Shown here in pieces: positions 30,175-39,851 of a DNA stretch of 64,000 nt (the first letter of the stretch is position 1; every line of letters starts with the position of its first letter). Below the pieces are notes generated by a model. The model worked only from the letters and a program-made list of their open reading frames with translations. It did no database searches and had not been told where the DNA came from. The stretch is taken from contig CAWDCY010000002.1 in NCBI GenBank assembly GCA_963800965.1, positions 26,708-90,707 of the forward strand, read 5' to 3'. The stretch is from an uncultured beta proteobacterium (lineage in GTDB: Bacteria; Pseudomonadota; Gammaproteobacteria; Burkholderiales; Gallionellaceae). Both the position numbers and the translations under genes were made by a program.

Positions 30175-31669
30175 TGAAACCTTTCCCATATTAAGTTTCA
30201 CTATTCTGCTGCCTTTATTAGGTGCCATTGCAATTGGGGTCACCCATAACGTTAATCTGGCCAAAAAGATTACGTTGTCAATTGCCGGGCTTGAGCTGAT
30301 CGCAACGCTGATTGTGGTATGGCTGTTTGATGCCGCCAAGGGTAATAATTTTCAACTTGTCGAACAGCATGCCTGGATACCGAGTCTGAATATTGAATTT
30401 CTGATCGGGATAGATGGTATTTCAATTTTGTTTTTACCAATGTCAGCACTGTTGACATTGGTTGCCATTATCGCCTCGTGGAATTCGGTGCAAAATTTAA
30501 CCCGCTTTCACTTTGCTCTGCTGCTGGCGCTGGAAGGCGGCACTATGGGCGTGTTTGTCGCGATGGATCTGATGTTGTTCTTTTTGTTCTGGGAAATGAT
30601 ATTGCCGCCGATTTTCTTTCTGATCGGTTTGTGGGGCGCAGGCCCCCAGCGACGCGGCGCGGCGATGAAATATATGCTGTATATGTTATTCAGCGGAGTG
30701 CCATTATTGTTTGCCTTCGTTATGCTGGCGGCGAATCATGCCACCCAGATGGGTGGCGGTAGCATCCCACAGGACTTATCCTTCAGTTTCCCTATATTAT
30801 TGAATACAACCATGCCGGATAATATCCAGGCCATTGTTTTTTTGTTGTTAATAGTTGGATTTGCAGTTAAGGCACCGCTGGTGCCTTTCCATACTTGGCT
30901 GCCAACTACCGCCGTTGAGGCACCAACGCAACTGACAGCACTACTCGTCGGTTTGAAATTGGGTGTGTTTGGCATACTGCGCTTTGCTATGCCGCTAACC
31001 CCCAATGCATCGGTAAAGTATGCGTGGGTGCTGGGTATCGTAGGCGCCATTACTTTTATTTATGCCGCGATGATTGCCCTGCAACAGACCAATTTACGCC
31101 GTTTGCTGGCTTATGCCAGTATCAGCCATGTGGGACTGGTGATAATCGGCATTGCGACTCTCAACATACAAGGCGTTCAAGGAGCGATCTTTCAGTTGCT
31201 CAATTTTTCCCTGATTGCAAGCTGTCTGATGTTGATTGCAGGTTTTATCCAGCATCGTATCGGCAGCACTGAAGTTATTCACCTCGGCGGTCTGGCGAAA
31301 GTGATGCCCAGACTGACCAGTTTTTTCTTTTTATTTGCTGTTGCTAGTATCGGCATGCCTGGAACCAGTGGCTTTGCAGCAGAACTGTTATTGATTATCA
31401 GTGCGATAAATAGCCATCCTGGTTTGGGTACTGCTGCATTATTGGGGGCGATTCTTGGCGCAGCTTATATGCTATCCTTTATCCGTCGTGCTTTTTTTGG
31501 ACCAATTGTTCATGCTCACTTAAATCAAGTGCAGGATCTGCGTTCTCGTGAATTCGGGCTGTTATGCATACCGGTTTTATTGGTGCTATTTTGGGGATTC
31601 TTTCCTGATCTGGTTCTGGATATCAACAAAATGGCTGCTGAGTCTTGGCTGAGTCGGCTGGTTCATTAA
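30167..31669 (+). CDS. NuoM/MrpD-like membrane subunit (3)
   Basis: IGIDGIS, FWEMIL, VKAPLVPFHTWLP, LKLG, AYASISHVG, MPGTSGFAAE. Confidence 0.9.
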   Translation: MINETFPILSFTILLPLLGAIAIGVTHNVNLAKKITLSIAGLELIATLIVVWLFDAAKGNNFQLVEQHAWIPSLNIEFLIGIDGISILFLPMSALLTLVAIIASWNSVQNLTRFHFALLLALEGGTMGVFVAMDLMLFFLFWEMILPPIFFLIGLWGAGPQRRGAAMKYMLYMLFSGVPLLFAFVMLAANHATQMGGGSIPQDLSFSFPILLNTTMPDNIQAIVFLLLIVGFAVKAPLVPFHTWLPTTAVEAPTQLTALLVGLKLGVFGILRFAMPLTPNASVKYAWVLGIVGAITFIYAAMIALQQTNLRRLLAYASISHVGLVIIGIATLNIQGVQGAIFQLLNFSLIASCLMLIAGFIQHRIGSTEVIHLGGLAKVMPRLTSFFFLFAVASIGMPGTSGFAAELLLIISAINSHPGLGTAALLGAILGAAYMLSFIRRAFFGPIVHAHLNQVQDLRSREFGLLCIPVLLVLFWGFFPDLVLDINKMAAESWLSRLVH

Positions 31670-32092
31670 ATTAGGTTCGTCCGTGGAATTAGTGGATCTT
31701 TTTTGGAAAATGGACCGTTATTTGTAAGTCTTAAAGGCTCTCAATAATTAAAATTTGTGGTGTCGACTTACCCACCGCGTCGAGCGTTTATGGTCTAAGT
31801 AGGGACCACGCACGCCGCCGTGGATAAGTCTTTTATAGTTATTTTCTTCGATCATGGTAAGTCACCCCAGAAATAATTAACTAGTTTAACTATGTTAATA
31901 TTTATACATATCATAAAGATAGATTATTTTTAAGGGCAGTGGTTACCCACTAATTTTTCGGACGAAGCTTAAATTAAAACTCCCTCTGGCCAGCTTATGT
32001 CGATGCCAACAGATTCATCACTATGTTGACGAGGGATATCGCAATAGATTACTGTTTGAGTTAGCAATTTATATATATTTAAGGATGAAAAA

Positions 32093-32542
32093 ATGAACCC
32101 ACAAAAAATAGTAATTGCCATGCCAACCGAGGATGAGTTTATGCCAAGTATTTCAAGGTGGGGGCATGAATATGTTTGGACCAAAAAGGAGGTATATTTT
32201 GTTCATGTTGTTAAGAAAGATGTTTATGTTAGTGATATGGGCGTTGACGAAACCCCTAGCAAGGACGAACAAGAAAACATGAAACAACGTATGCTTAATT
32301 TCATTAAAAATAAAGCAAGTGAGATGATGCCTGTGACGGTGCTTAAAAAAGCACATTTTGAAGTTATATTTGCGCAGTCCCCGGCAGATAGACTGGCTGA
32401 ATATGCTAAAGAAATTAATGCCGGTATGATCGTAATAGCAACAAGAAATAAAAGAGGTTTTGCTGGGCTTTTCCTTAGTTCTTTTGCGGATCGCATTTTA
32501 AAACTGTCACCCTGTGATGTATTGGTCTTAAGACCAAAATAA
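32093..32542 (+). CDS. Universal stress protein (UspA family)
   Basis: VYFVHV, MIVIATRNKRG...LSSFADRILKLSPCDVLV. Confidence 0.85.
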   Translation: MNPQKIVIAMPTEDEFMPSISRWGHEYVWTKKEVYFVHVVKKDVYVSDMGVDETPSKDEQENMKQRMLNFIKNKASEMMPVTVLKKAHFEVIFAQSPADRLAEYAKEINAGMIVIATRNKRGFAGLFLSSFADRILKLSPCDVLVLRPK

Positions 32543-32669
32543 ACCACCCCACAGTAAGCCATGGGATATTATTGCGCTCTTACAAACCGCTGGCTTTCAG
32601 CCCCCCTTTGCCCCAGAGGGCGATGAATTTAACTTGAAGCGATAAACATAAAATTGTGGAGAAGAAATA

Positions 32670-34310
32670 ATGACCCACCCGCCCGTGCAATACTATTTTC
32701 GACACCTAAAGGATGATTTTCCTGCGGGTATCGTGGTGTTTTTAGTGGCTCTTCCGTTATGTCTTGGTGTCGCTCTGGCATCTGGAGCGCCGATGTTCGC
32801 TGGATTGGTAGCTGGAATGGTCGGTGGTCTGGTTGTTGCTTGGTTAAGCGGTTCTCAACTTAGTGTCTCGGGCCCAGCGGCCGGTTTAACGGTGATTGTT
32901 TTTAACGCCATTGAGACTTTAGGTAATTTCCAAGGATTTTTGGTTGCCGTGTTACTAGCGGGCATTATGCAGCTAATAGCTGGCTACCTCAAAGCAGGGA
33001 TCGTCGGTGCTTTTTTCCCTTCAGCTGTTATTAAAGGGATGTTGGCTGCCATTGGGTTGATTTTAATTATTAAACAGATCCCTCATGCTACTGGTTATAG
33101 TGTGCTTTATGGAGGTCCTGAGGCCTATAGGGAAGAAGATGTACATGATTTTTTACTTCCAGTATATGACGCATTTAACTCCATTTCGCATGGTGTACTA
33201 GTGACATCCATAGTAGCCTTACTGATACTGATAATTTGGGAAAAGCCATGGTTTAAACAACAGAAATTTTTAAAATTAATTCCTGGCCCATTAATCGCGA
33301 TAATATGGGGAATTCTCTATAATTTAACCGCTGAACGATGGTTCCCGGATTGGGCAGTCGGTTCAGTTCACTTAGTGAATATTCCTGTCTCAAATAATGT
33401 TGGCGAGTTCTGGAATAACTTCATATTCCCAGACTACAGTTATTGGACTAATCCTCAGGTTTATATTATTGCAGCTACGCTAGCTATTGTGGGTAGTCTC
33501 GAAACATTATTAAGTCTTGAGGCAGTAGATAAGCTGGATCCTCTAAAACGCACTTCACCCACCAATAGAGAGCTTAAAGCACAAGGCGTTGGAAATATTA
33601 TTTCCGGATTACTCGGTGGTTTACCAATTACTGCTGTCATTGTGCGTAGCGCAGGCAATATTAACGCTGGTGGCAAATCCCCAGTATCCAGTTTTATTCA
33701 TGGCTTATGTCTATTGCTGAGCGTAATGTTCTTTGCAAAATACATAAACTATTTTCCACTTGGCTGTTTGTCAGCCATTTTGCTGCATACTGGGTATAAA
33801 CTGGCTAAACCAGCTTTATTCAAGGAATTCTATCGAAAGGGCTTGAGTCAACTATTGCCGTTTATTATTACAATAACGGCGATTTTAGCAACCGATTTAT
33901 TAATAGGCATGTCAGTCGGCATGATAGTTGGTTTGTTCTTCGTTATTAAGGCTAATTACCGTGATGCAATTACGCTGATTCAAGATGACTCATCTTATGT
34001 ATTAACGTTTCATAAAGATGTTGCCTTCCTCAACAAGGCGTTATTGAGAAGGCTTCTTACGCATGTCAAACCAAACAGTACGCTCGTAATTGATGCCAGC
34101 AAATCTCGTTTTATTGATCACGACATTGTGGAAACAATAGATGACTTTTTAGTAACAGCACCCAGTCATAATATTTCAGTTGAGGTTTGCGATATATACG
34201 GCAAAGAAAGATTAATAAAGCATGAGGAGTTTGTTATATTACATGATCATCATGATGAAAGCCCAACTGGTAAGTCGGTTCTGATCCAGAAGAATATTGC
34301 CGGATTGTGA
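32670..34310 (+). CDS. SulP/SLC26 anion transporter (bicarbonate-transporter-like)
   Basis: AGIVVFLVALPLCLGVALASGAP, VSGPAAG, ETLLS, ELKAQGVGN, VIVRSA; reduced STAS-like C-terminus. Confidence 0.9.
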   Translation: MTHPPVQYYFRHLKDDFPAGIVVFLVALPLCLGVALASGAPMFAGLVAGMVGGLVVAWLSGSQLSVSGPAAGLTVIVFNAIETLGNFQGFLVAVLLAGIMQLIAGYLKAGIVGAFFPSAVIKGMLAAIGLILIIKQIPHATGYSVLYGGPEAYREEDVHDFLLPVYDAFNSISHGVLVTSIVALLILIIWEKPWFKQQKFLKLIPGPLIAIIWGILYNLTAERWFPDWAVGSVHLVNIPVSNNVGEFWNNFIFPDYSYWTNPQVYIIAATLAIVGSLETLLSLEAVDKLDPLKRTSPTNRELKAQGVGNIISGLLGGLPITAVIVRSAGNINAGGKSPVSSFIHGLCLLLSVMFFAKYINYFPLGCLSAILLHTGYKLAKPALFKEFYRKGLSQLLPFIITITAILATDLLIGMSVGMIVGLFFVIKANYRDAITLIQDDSSYVLTFHKDVAFLNKALLRRLLTHVKPNSTLVIDASKSRFIDHDIVETIDDFLVTAPSHNISVEVCDIYGKERLIKHEEFVILHDHHDESPTGKSVLIQKNIAGL

Positions 34311-34598
34311 AAGAAATTTTAGTTTTCAATTCCGGAGTAAGAAGCATTTTGTTCATAGGCCATTCAACTCTGAAAAGTGATTTATAAGGTCTCAGTTTTA
34401 GAGGCACCATTTGGACACCCACCCTCCCAGTTGATTCATCCGAATGGCGACAAAGCTGGGGGTGAAAATGAAATTCATACTGTTCGTTACTGACGGTGCT
34501 GTTATTCCCGCAAGCTGGGGTCGCCGCGCTGTTTCGGGAAGGTGCATATCAAGGATTTCCGGCTGAAGCCGTCCTAGAAAGCAAGTCCGGTAAATGCC

Positions 34599-34928
34599 AT
34601 GCGCAGCCACAGCGCCACCATGCACCGATTGCTTGTTAACGAACAGCTGACTCGATTTTATAACCTGAGAAACACCGCTTCGGTTATTGGTGAAAAAGAA
34701 TTCGTTAAATGGCTAAGCGAGAAAAAAACACCAAAACTCAAAGAAAACAATATAGCGAATTTAATCATCCCGTTTGGCTTGTCGATTGAACAGATCGTCA
34801 AAAATACCGCAGCCTATTGTCCAATACCGGTAGCGTTACTAAGACAATTTAAGAAGGGGAAAAATAGTCAGTCTACACTTTGCGGCTATGCGATCCTTCA
34901 TGAAAAAAGCCGAGAGATGGATAAATAA
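34599..34928 (+). pseudogene. C-terminal remnant of a REP-associated tyrosine transposase-like (Y1 HUH) gene
   Basis: EQLTRFYNLRNTASVIGEKEFVKWL...SIEQIVKNTAAY...LLRQFKKG resembles the region that follows the Y1 domain in such proteins; catalytic HUH part absent; adjacent GGGGTC hairpin. Confidence 0.5.
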
Positions 34929-34958
34929 TGCGCGTTGGGGAAAGTGGGGTTAAGGGAA

Positions 34959-35015
34959 AGTGGGGTCAAGTCTAACATTACAACAAAATGTTTGAATGTT
35001 AGACTTGACCCCACT
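34959..35015. repeat. Perfect 21-bp inverted repeat (GGGGTC...GACCCC hairpin)
   Basis: AGTGGGGTCAAGTCTAACATT (34959-34979) / AATGTTAGACTTGACCCCACT (34995-35015). Confidence 0.9.
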
Positions 35016-35110
35016 GGTTTCACTGGTTTCAAGTTTCAGGCGAGAATCTGTTTTCTACTCTACCCTTTAACTTATGGCTCCTTTAACTTAAAGGAACGAC
35101 ATCGCTAAAT

Positions 35111-36433
35111 ATGACTGGCTATAATTCAAATTGGATTTTCAAACTTGCGACAAACTATGGGATCCCATTAGATGTTGGAGCTATAGCGTCTATGAGTGAT
35201 GATGAGTTTGAATCATTTCGCGGCGAATATAAGGAGCTATCTACATCACGAGATTTGGCTTTAGATAGGTATACATCTTATAAGCCATCTCTATTTAGAG
35301 TTTACCTACCATATAGTGATGAGGCATTTGGCTTGGCATCTCAAATTGTATGGTATCTCGATGAAGTTATAATAAGAGACCCTATCCCTTTTATCCTCGA
35401 TGCTTTTGATGGAAACGTAGAGCTGGCAAAATACTAACTTCGTAACGCTCTTCAATTTATAGCTCAATTTAGAGAATTAATTGAAAACGAGTATGTTCTT
35501 CTCGTAGGATCAACAACACTTGATAATATTCCCGATAAACCATCTTTATTAGCAATGTCTATTTTTAATGATGAAGATATACGTAGTGAAATGGAAAAAA
35601 TCGGCCAGTGGGGTTACAGCGAAACTAGTAATGGAACAAATTTTGCCCATGAACTTCGTTTGATAACTGGGCACGTAATCTCTATGGGGTCAAAGGTCGA
35701 TATACCGCCAGGCGGCATGTGGGTAAGTCCAATAATAGATTTTGTGAATGGACTCCCAAGCATCGATTTTCAAGAATTATCTAGGAAGCTAGGAAAAGAC
35801 CTAATCGAATTGCACCAAGATATGTTTTTAAAAGAGATTCAACAACCCATTTATTTGGCGACTAACGTTCAAAAAATGGGGGCTACGGCTCTTTTCTCCG
35901 AAAACCGGCCAATAGATCAACTAATTTTACAAAAAGCTGGGGTTAAACTTCGCCCTGATAAGCAAAATGCGAGCGTTCAAGCCTTAAATATTGTACTCCC
36001 TTTTGTATCGGGGATTCCGCCAGATAAACTTATGGATATTCGAAGATCATCCCCCACAGCATTTGTCGATTTTCGCAGCAGGGTTGCTGATATTATTATT
36101 GAGGCGACGGGAGATACCACTCCTTCGCAGGACTATCTCCATCATCGTGTTAGCAAAGAACTTATTCCTACCTTAGGTGGTTTAGAGCATGAGATGAATG
36201 GAGTTATCAAGCGAGCCGGGATATTGGGAATTGGAGTTCCGTTGATCGCAGGAACAGGAGTTTTGATTGGTAATATTCTTGGTGTACCAGCCTATACATT
36301 ATTGGGAGGGGTCATTGCCGCAGCTTTAACTGGCGTTTCTTCTTTAGCAGACAGCGTCCAGGCATCAAATAGAGCTAAGGGACATCCTGGTTACTTTTTG
36401 TGGAAAGTGAATACATTAAAACCAAAGCGATAA
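35111..36433 (+). pseudogene. AT-rich 440-codon hypothetical gene with one in-frame TAA at 35435-35437; C-terminal hydrophobic hairpin
   Basis: ORFs 35111-35437 and 35555-36433 share a frame and the intervening 39 codons are open (LRNALQFIAQFRELIENEYVLLVG...). Confidence 0.8.
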
Positions 36434-36447
36434 TATCGAATAATGAA

Positions 36448-36527
36448 ATAACTAAAGGGGTCCATAACTAAAGAGGTCAAAGCTTTTTAAATATTAAAAA
36501 AGACAAAGGGGTCAAGTTTTGACATCA
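36448..36527. repeat. Cluster of GGGGTC-type repeats at the right boundary of the AT-rich gene
   Basis: ATAACTAAAGGGGTC-C-ATAACTAAAGAGGTC tandem, then AAAGGGGTCAAGTTTTGACATC, similar to the left arm of the 34959 hairpin. Confidence 0.7.
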
Positions 36528-36630
36528 CAGTTACCGCTTAATACTGCATTCGAAACATTTTAGCCCTGTTTGGCTAAATAAAAGTCCCAGCATACCAGGA
36601 CATTATTCTAAAATGAAATCATGTAGTAAC

Positions 36631-38010
36631 TTAGTGCTGCAACGCCTTGATAATATCCTCGACTACCTTTTTTGCATCGCCAAACACCATCATGGTTTTG
36701 TCTAAGTAGAACAAGTCATTGTCCAGTCCGGCATAGCCGACAGCCATACTGCGCTTCACCACCAGAATGGTGCGTGCCTTGTGTGCATCAATGATCGGCA
36801 TACCATAAATAGGACTGTTCGGGTCGGTCTTGGCTGCAGGATTCACCACGTCGTTGGCACCGATGACCAGCACTACATCGGTATCAGCAAATTCGTTATT
36901 GATCTCGTCCATTTCCAGTACTTGATCGTAAGGTACTTCAGCCTCAGCCAGCAATACGTTCATATGCCCCGGCATACGTCCGGCCACAGGGTGGATGGCG
37001 TAACGCACTTTGACGCCCTTCTCGATTAAATGCTCGGCCATTTCGTTGATCGCATGCTGTGCCCGCGCCACTGCCAGACCATAGCCCGGCACGATGATGA
37101 CGCTGTCTGCATTGCCCATCAGGAACGCAGCGTCATCCGCGCTACCGCTTCGCACCGGTCGCTGCTCGACTTCGCCAGCCTGTCCCACTGCACCATCACC
37201 ACCAAAGCCACCGAGAATTACATTGAAGAAGGAGCGGTTCATTGCCTTACACATAATGTAAGAGAGTATCGCACCAGAGCTGCCCACCAATGAACCGGCA
37301 ATAATCAGCATATTATTATTCAGGGTAAAGCCAATGCCCGCCGCCGCCCACCCGGAATAGGAGTTAAGCATGGATACCACTACTGGCATGTCCGCCCCGC
37401 CAATCGGCATAATCAGTAATACTCCCAGAGTCAGCGCCAAAGCAATCATAATCAGGAATGGCGTCCAGCTCTCCGTAAAAATGAACATGATGCCGAAGGC
37501 AATCATCACCATACCCAGGAACAGGTTAAACCAGTGCTGTCCAGCAAAAATTAACGGTTTGCTGCCAAGCTTGCCGGATAATTTGCCGAATGCGATGATG
37601 GAGCCGGTGAAGGTTATCGCACCCACAAATGTGCCGATGAACAACTCAATCAGGTTGCTAACATGCAGCGGCGAGATGCCATAGGCGACTGGATTATAAA
37701 ACGCGGACATGGCGACCAGTACCGCCGCCAGGCCGACCAGCGAGTGCATTGCCGCCACCAATTCCGGCATGGCAGTCATTTGAATACGTCGGGCGACCAC
37801 TGCACCGATTGATCCGCCCACGATGATGGCAAGCACAATATAAATCAGGTTCTGAGTGATAGTAAGCGTGGTGAGCACCGCAATGGCCATGCCTATCATG
37901 CCGAACATGTTGCCGCGCCGTGCGGAAATCGGAGAACTCAAGCCTTTCAGCGCCAGGATGAACAAAACTGCGGCGACCAGATAGGCTAATGCAACAAAAT
38001 TTGCCGACAT
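36631..38010 (-). CDS. pntB: NAD(P) transhydrogenase beta subunit
   Basis: MPELVAAMHSLVG, IGGADMPVVVSMLNSYSG, HPVAGRMPGHMN, GANDVVNP; likely start MSANF at 38010. Confidence 0.97.
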   Translation of the reverse strand: MSANFVALAYLVAAVLFILALKGLSSPISARRGNMFGMIGMAIAVLTTLTITQNLIYIVLAIIVGGSIGAVVARRIQMTAMPELVAAMHSLVGLAAVLVAMSAFYNPVAYGISPLHVSNLIELFIGTFVGAITFTGSIIAFGKLSGKLGSKPLIFAGQHWFNLFLGMVMIAFGIMFIFTESWTPFLIMIALALTLGVLLIMPIGGADMPVVVSMLNSYSGWAAAGIGFTLNNNMLIIAGSLVGSSGAILSYIMCKAMNRSFFNVILGGFGGDGAVGQAGEVEQRPVRSGSADDAAFLMGNADSVIIVPGYGLAVARAQHAINEMAEHLIEKGVKVRYAIHPVAGRMPGHMNVLLAEAEVPYDQVLEMDEINNEFADTDVVLVIGANDVVNPAAKTDPNSPIYGMPIIDAHKARTILVVKRSMAVGYAGLDNDLFYLDKTMMVFGDAKKVVEDIIKALQH

Positions 38011-38163
38011 AAATTTTCCTTGATTATTTTTTTGTAACTGCTTTATCTCGCAAGTCAGGTGAAGTGGTGTGATGCTCCCACAAATAAGCAGGGAGCCATG
38101 CACAAATTATTGACTGATGTCGTTCCATTTCACTACTTCGCGTCTGAATATAGGCGTTCTGGC

Positions 38164-38460
38164 TTATTTGTTTTTCTTTTTGAACATGCTCAGCATGCGT
38201 TGCGTTACCAGGAAGCCACCGAATACATTAACAGCTGCCAGCATAACTGCGACTAACCCCATAACTGTGCCGATGTCGAGTTGCTCAGGCCCAGCCGCCA
38301 GCATGGCACCGACGATGATAATGCCGCTGATGGCGTTGGTCACTGCCATTAGCGGCGTATGTAGCGCAGGCGTTACGTTCCATACCACGTGATAGCCGAC
38401 CACTACGGCCAGCACAAATACGGTCAGATTGATAATTACAGGGTCAACTACACTACTCAT
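38164..38460 (-). CDS. pntAB: NAD(P) transhydrogenase alpha subunit, membrane part
   Basis: [30 protein letters not shown]; GGAG RBS before ATG at 38460. Confidence 0.93.
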   Translation of the reverse strand: MSSVVDPVIINLTVFVLAVVVGYHVVWNVTPALHTPLMAVTNAISGIIIVGAMLAAGPEQLDIGTVMGLVAVMLAAVNVFGGFLVTQRMLSMFKKKNK

Positions 38461-38529
38461 TTCAAAACTCCTATGTTGAGATTGGCGAACCTTAACCATT
38501 CCCAGTTCACCTTTTGAGAGGGGATATAT

Positions 38530-39654
38530 TTATTTAATAACCACTTCTCCGTCAATACACAGTAACGATCCGGCGATAATGTCGTCAGCACGATTGATGT
38601 TCATTATTCCGCCGCTTTTGGGGTCGCATAGTAAATTGAGGAAATTAAGCAGATTGCGTGCATACAAAGCGCTGGCATCTGTCGCAACCAAAGCTGGCAG
38701 GTTGTCTTCACCGACCAGCGTGACGCCATGCTTGACTACCGTCTTGCCTAACTCAGACAACGGGCAATTGCCGCCTGCTTCAACAGCCATATCCACGATC
38801 ACGGATCCCGGCTTCATGGATTTGACCATATCCTCAGTTACCAGCACGGGTGCGGCTCTACCCGGAATCAATGCAGTGGTAATGACAATATCGGCTTGTG
38901 CCACACGTTTGGCAACCTCTACTTTTTGACGTTCCATCCAACTGGCTGGCATGGGGCGGGCATAGCCGCCAACACCTTGGGCAATCTCTCGCTCCTCATC
39001 CGTTTCAAAAGGCACATCAATGAACTTGGCACCCAAGGACGCCACCTGTTCTTTTACTGCTGGACGCACATCGGAAGCCTCAATCACCGCACCCATACGC
39101 TTGGCAGTGGCGATTGCCTGCAAACCAGCAACACCTACGCCTAATATCACCACGCGCGCGGCCTTCACCGTTCCGGCTGCTGTCATTAACATCGGTATAA
39201 ACCGTTTATATAAATTAGCAGCCACCAACACTGCCTTATATCCGGCAATATTTGCTTGCGAGGACAGAACATCCATAGCTTGCGCGCGTGACGTGCGCGG
39301 CAGTTTTTCCATGGCAAAAGCGATAACGCCCTGTTTAGCGTAGGCTGCAACCAAGTCCGCCTGAAAAGGTGAAAGTAAGCCGATCAGTACAGTTTTTGCG
39401 GCCAGCTTTGCCAGCTCGTCCCCGGTAGGGGCTTTCACTTTAAGTATGATCTCAGCCTGCGTATAAACCTCTGCGGCGCTGACCAAGGTGGCCCCCGCTG
39501 TCAGATAGTCTGCATCGGGAATGCTCGCGCCTGCTCCGGCACCTTGCTGCACCATGACTGCATGGCCAGCGGCCAGCATTTTTTTTACCGTTTCGGGCGT
39601 TGCCGCGACACGTGTTTCACCTGCGCGCGTTTCCGTAGGAATACCTATACGCAT
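38530..39654 (-). CDS. pntAA: NAD(P) transhydrogenase alpha subunit, NAD-binding part
   Basis: ETRVAATPETV, RAQAMDVLSSQ, GVGVAGLQAIATAK, TTALIPGRAAP, GGNC. Confidence 0.95.
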   Translation of the reverse strand: MRIGIPTETRAGETRVAATPETVKKMLAAGHAVMVQQGAGAGASIPDADYLTAGATLVSAAEVYTQAEIILKVKAPTGDELAKLAAKTVLIGLLSPFQADLVAAYAKQGVIAFAMEKLPRTSRAQAMDVLSSQANIAGYKAVLVAANLYKRFIPMLMTAAGTVKAARVVILGVGVAGLQAIATAKRMGAVIEASDVRPAVKEQVASLGAKFIDVPFETDEEREIAQGVGGYARPMPASWMERQKVEVAKRVAQADIVITTALIPGRAAPVLVTEDMVKSMKPGSVIVDMAVEAGGNCPLSELGKTVVKHGVTLVGEDNLPALVATDASALYARNLLNFLNLLCDPKSGGIMNINRADDIIAGSLLCIDGEVVIK

Positions 39655-39851
39655 GAAACATCTCCTTTTTTTAAAACGCCTGGTTCTACCGGGCAGAAGT
39701 AATTATTCAAGTTACGTAAACACAATTCCAGTTTCAACTGGATCAAAGAAGCATTGACTGGTCACAGTCTCTTCTCATGGTTGAATTATTAGGGCGATAA
39801 GTTTATCTATGTTGATTTTTGTCATGAACCCATAATGAGATAATTTTATCA

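Noticed and set aside
22252-31669. Respiratory complex I (nuoL/M/N) or Mrp antiporter operon
   Set aside because: No other nuo or mrp subunits are present, and a DUF2309 gene is embedded, which points to a DAB-type complex
31766-31830. DnaA box or origin in the GACTTACCCAC...GTGGATAAGTC hairpin
   Set aside because: A single imperfect box inside a hairpin, with no box cluster; more likely a repeat scar
34936-35090. CRISPR-like repeat array
   Set aside because: Only paired short duplications, no regular repeat-spacer periodicity and no cas genes
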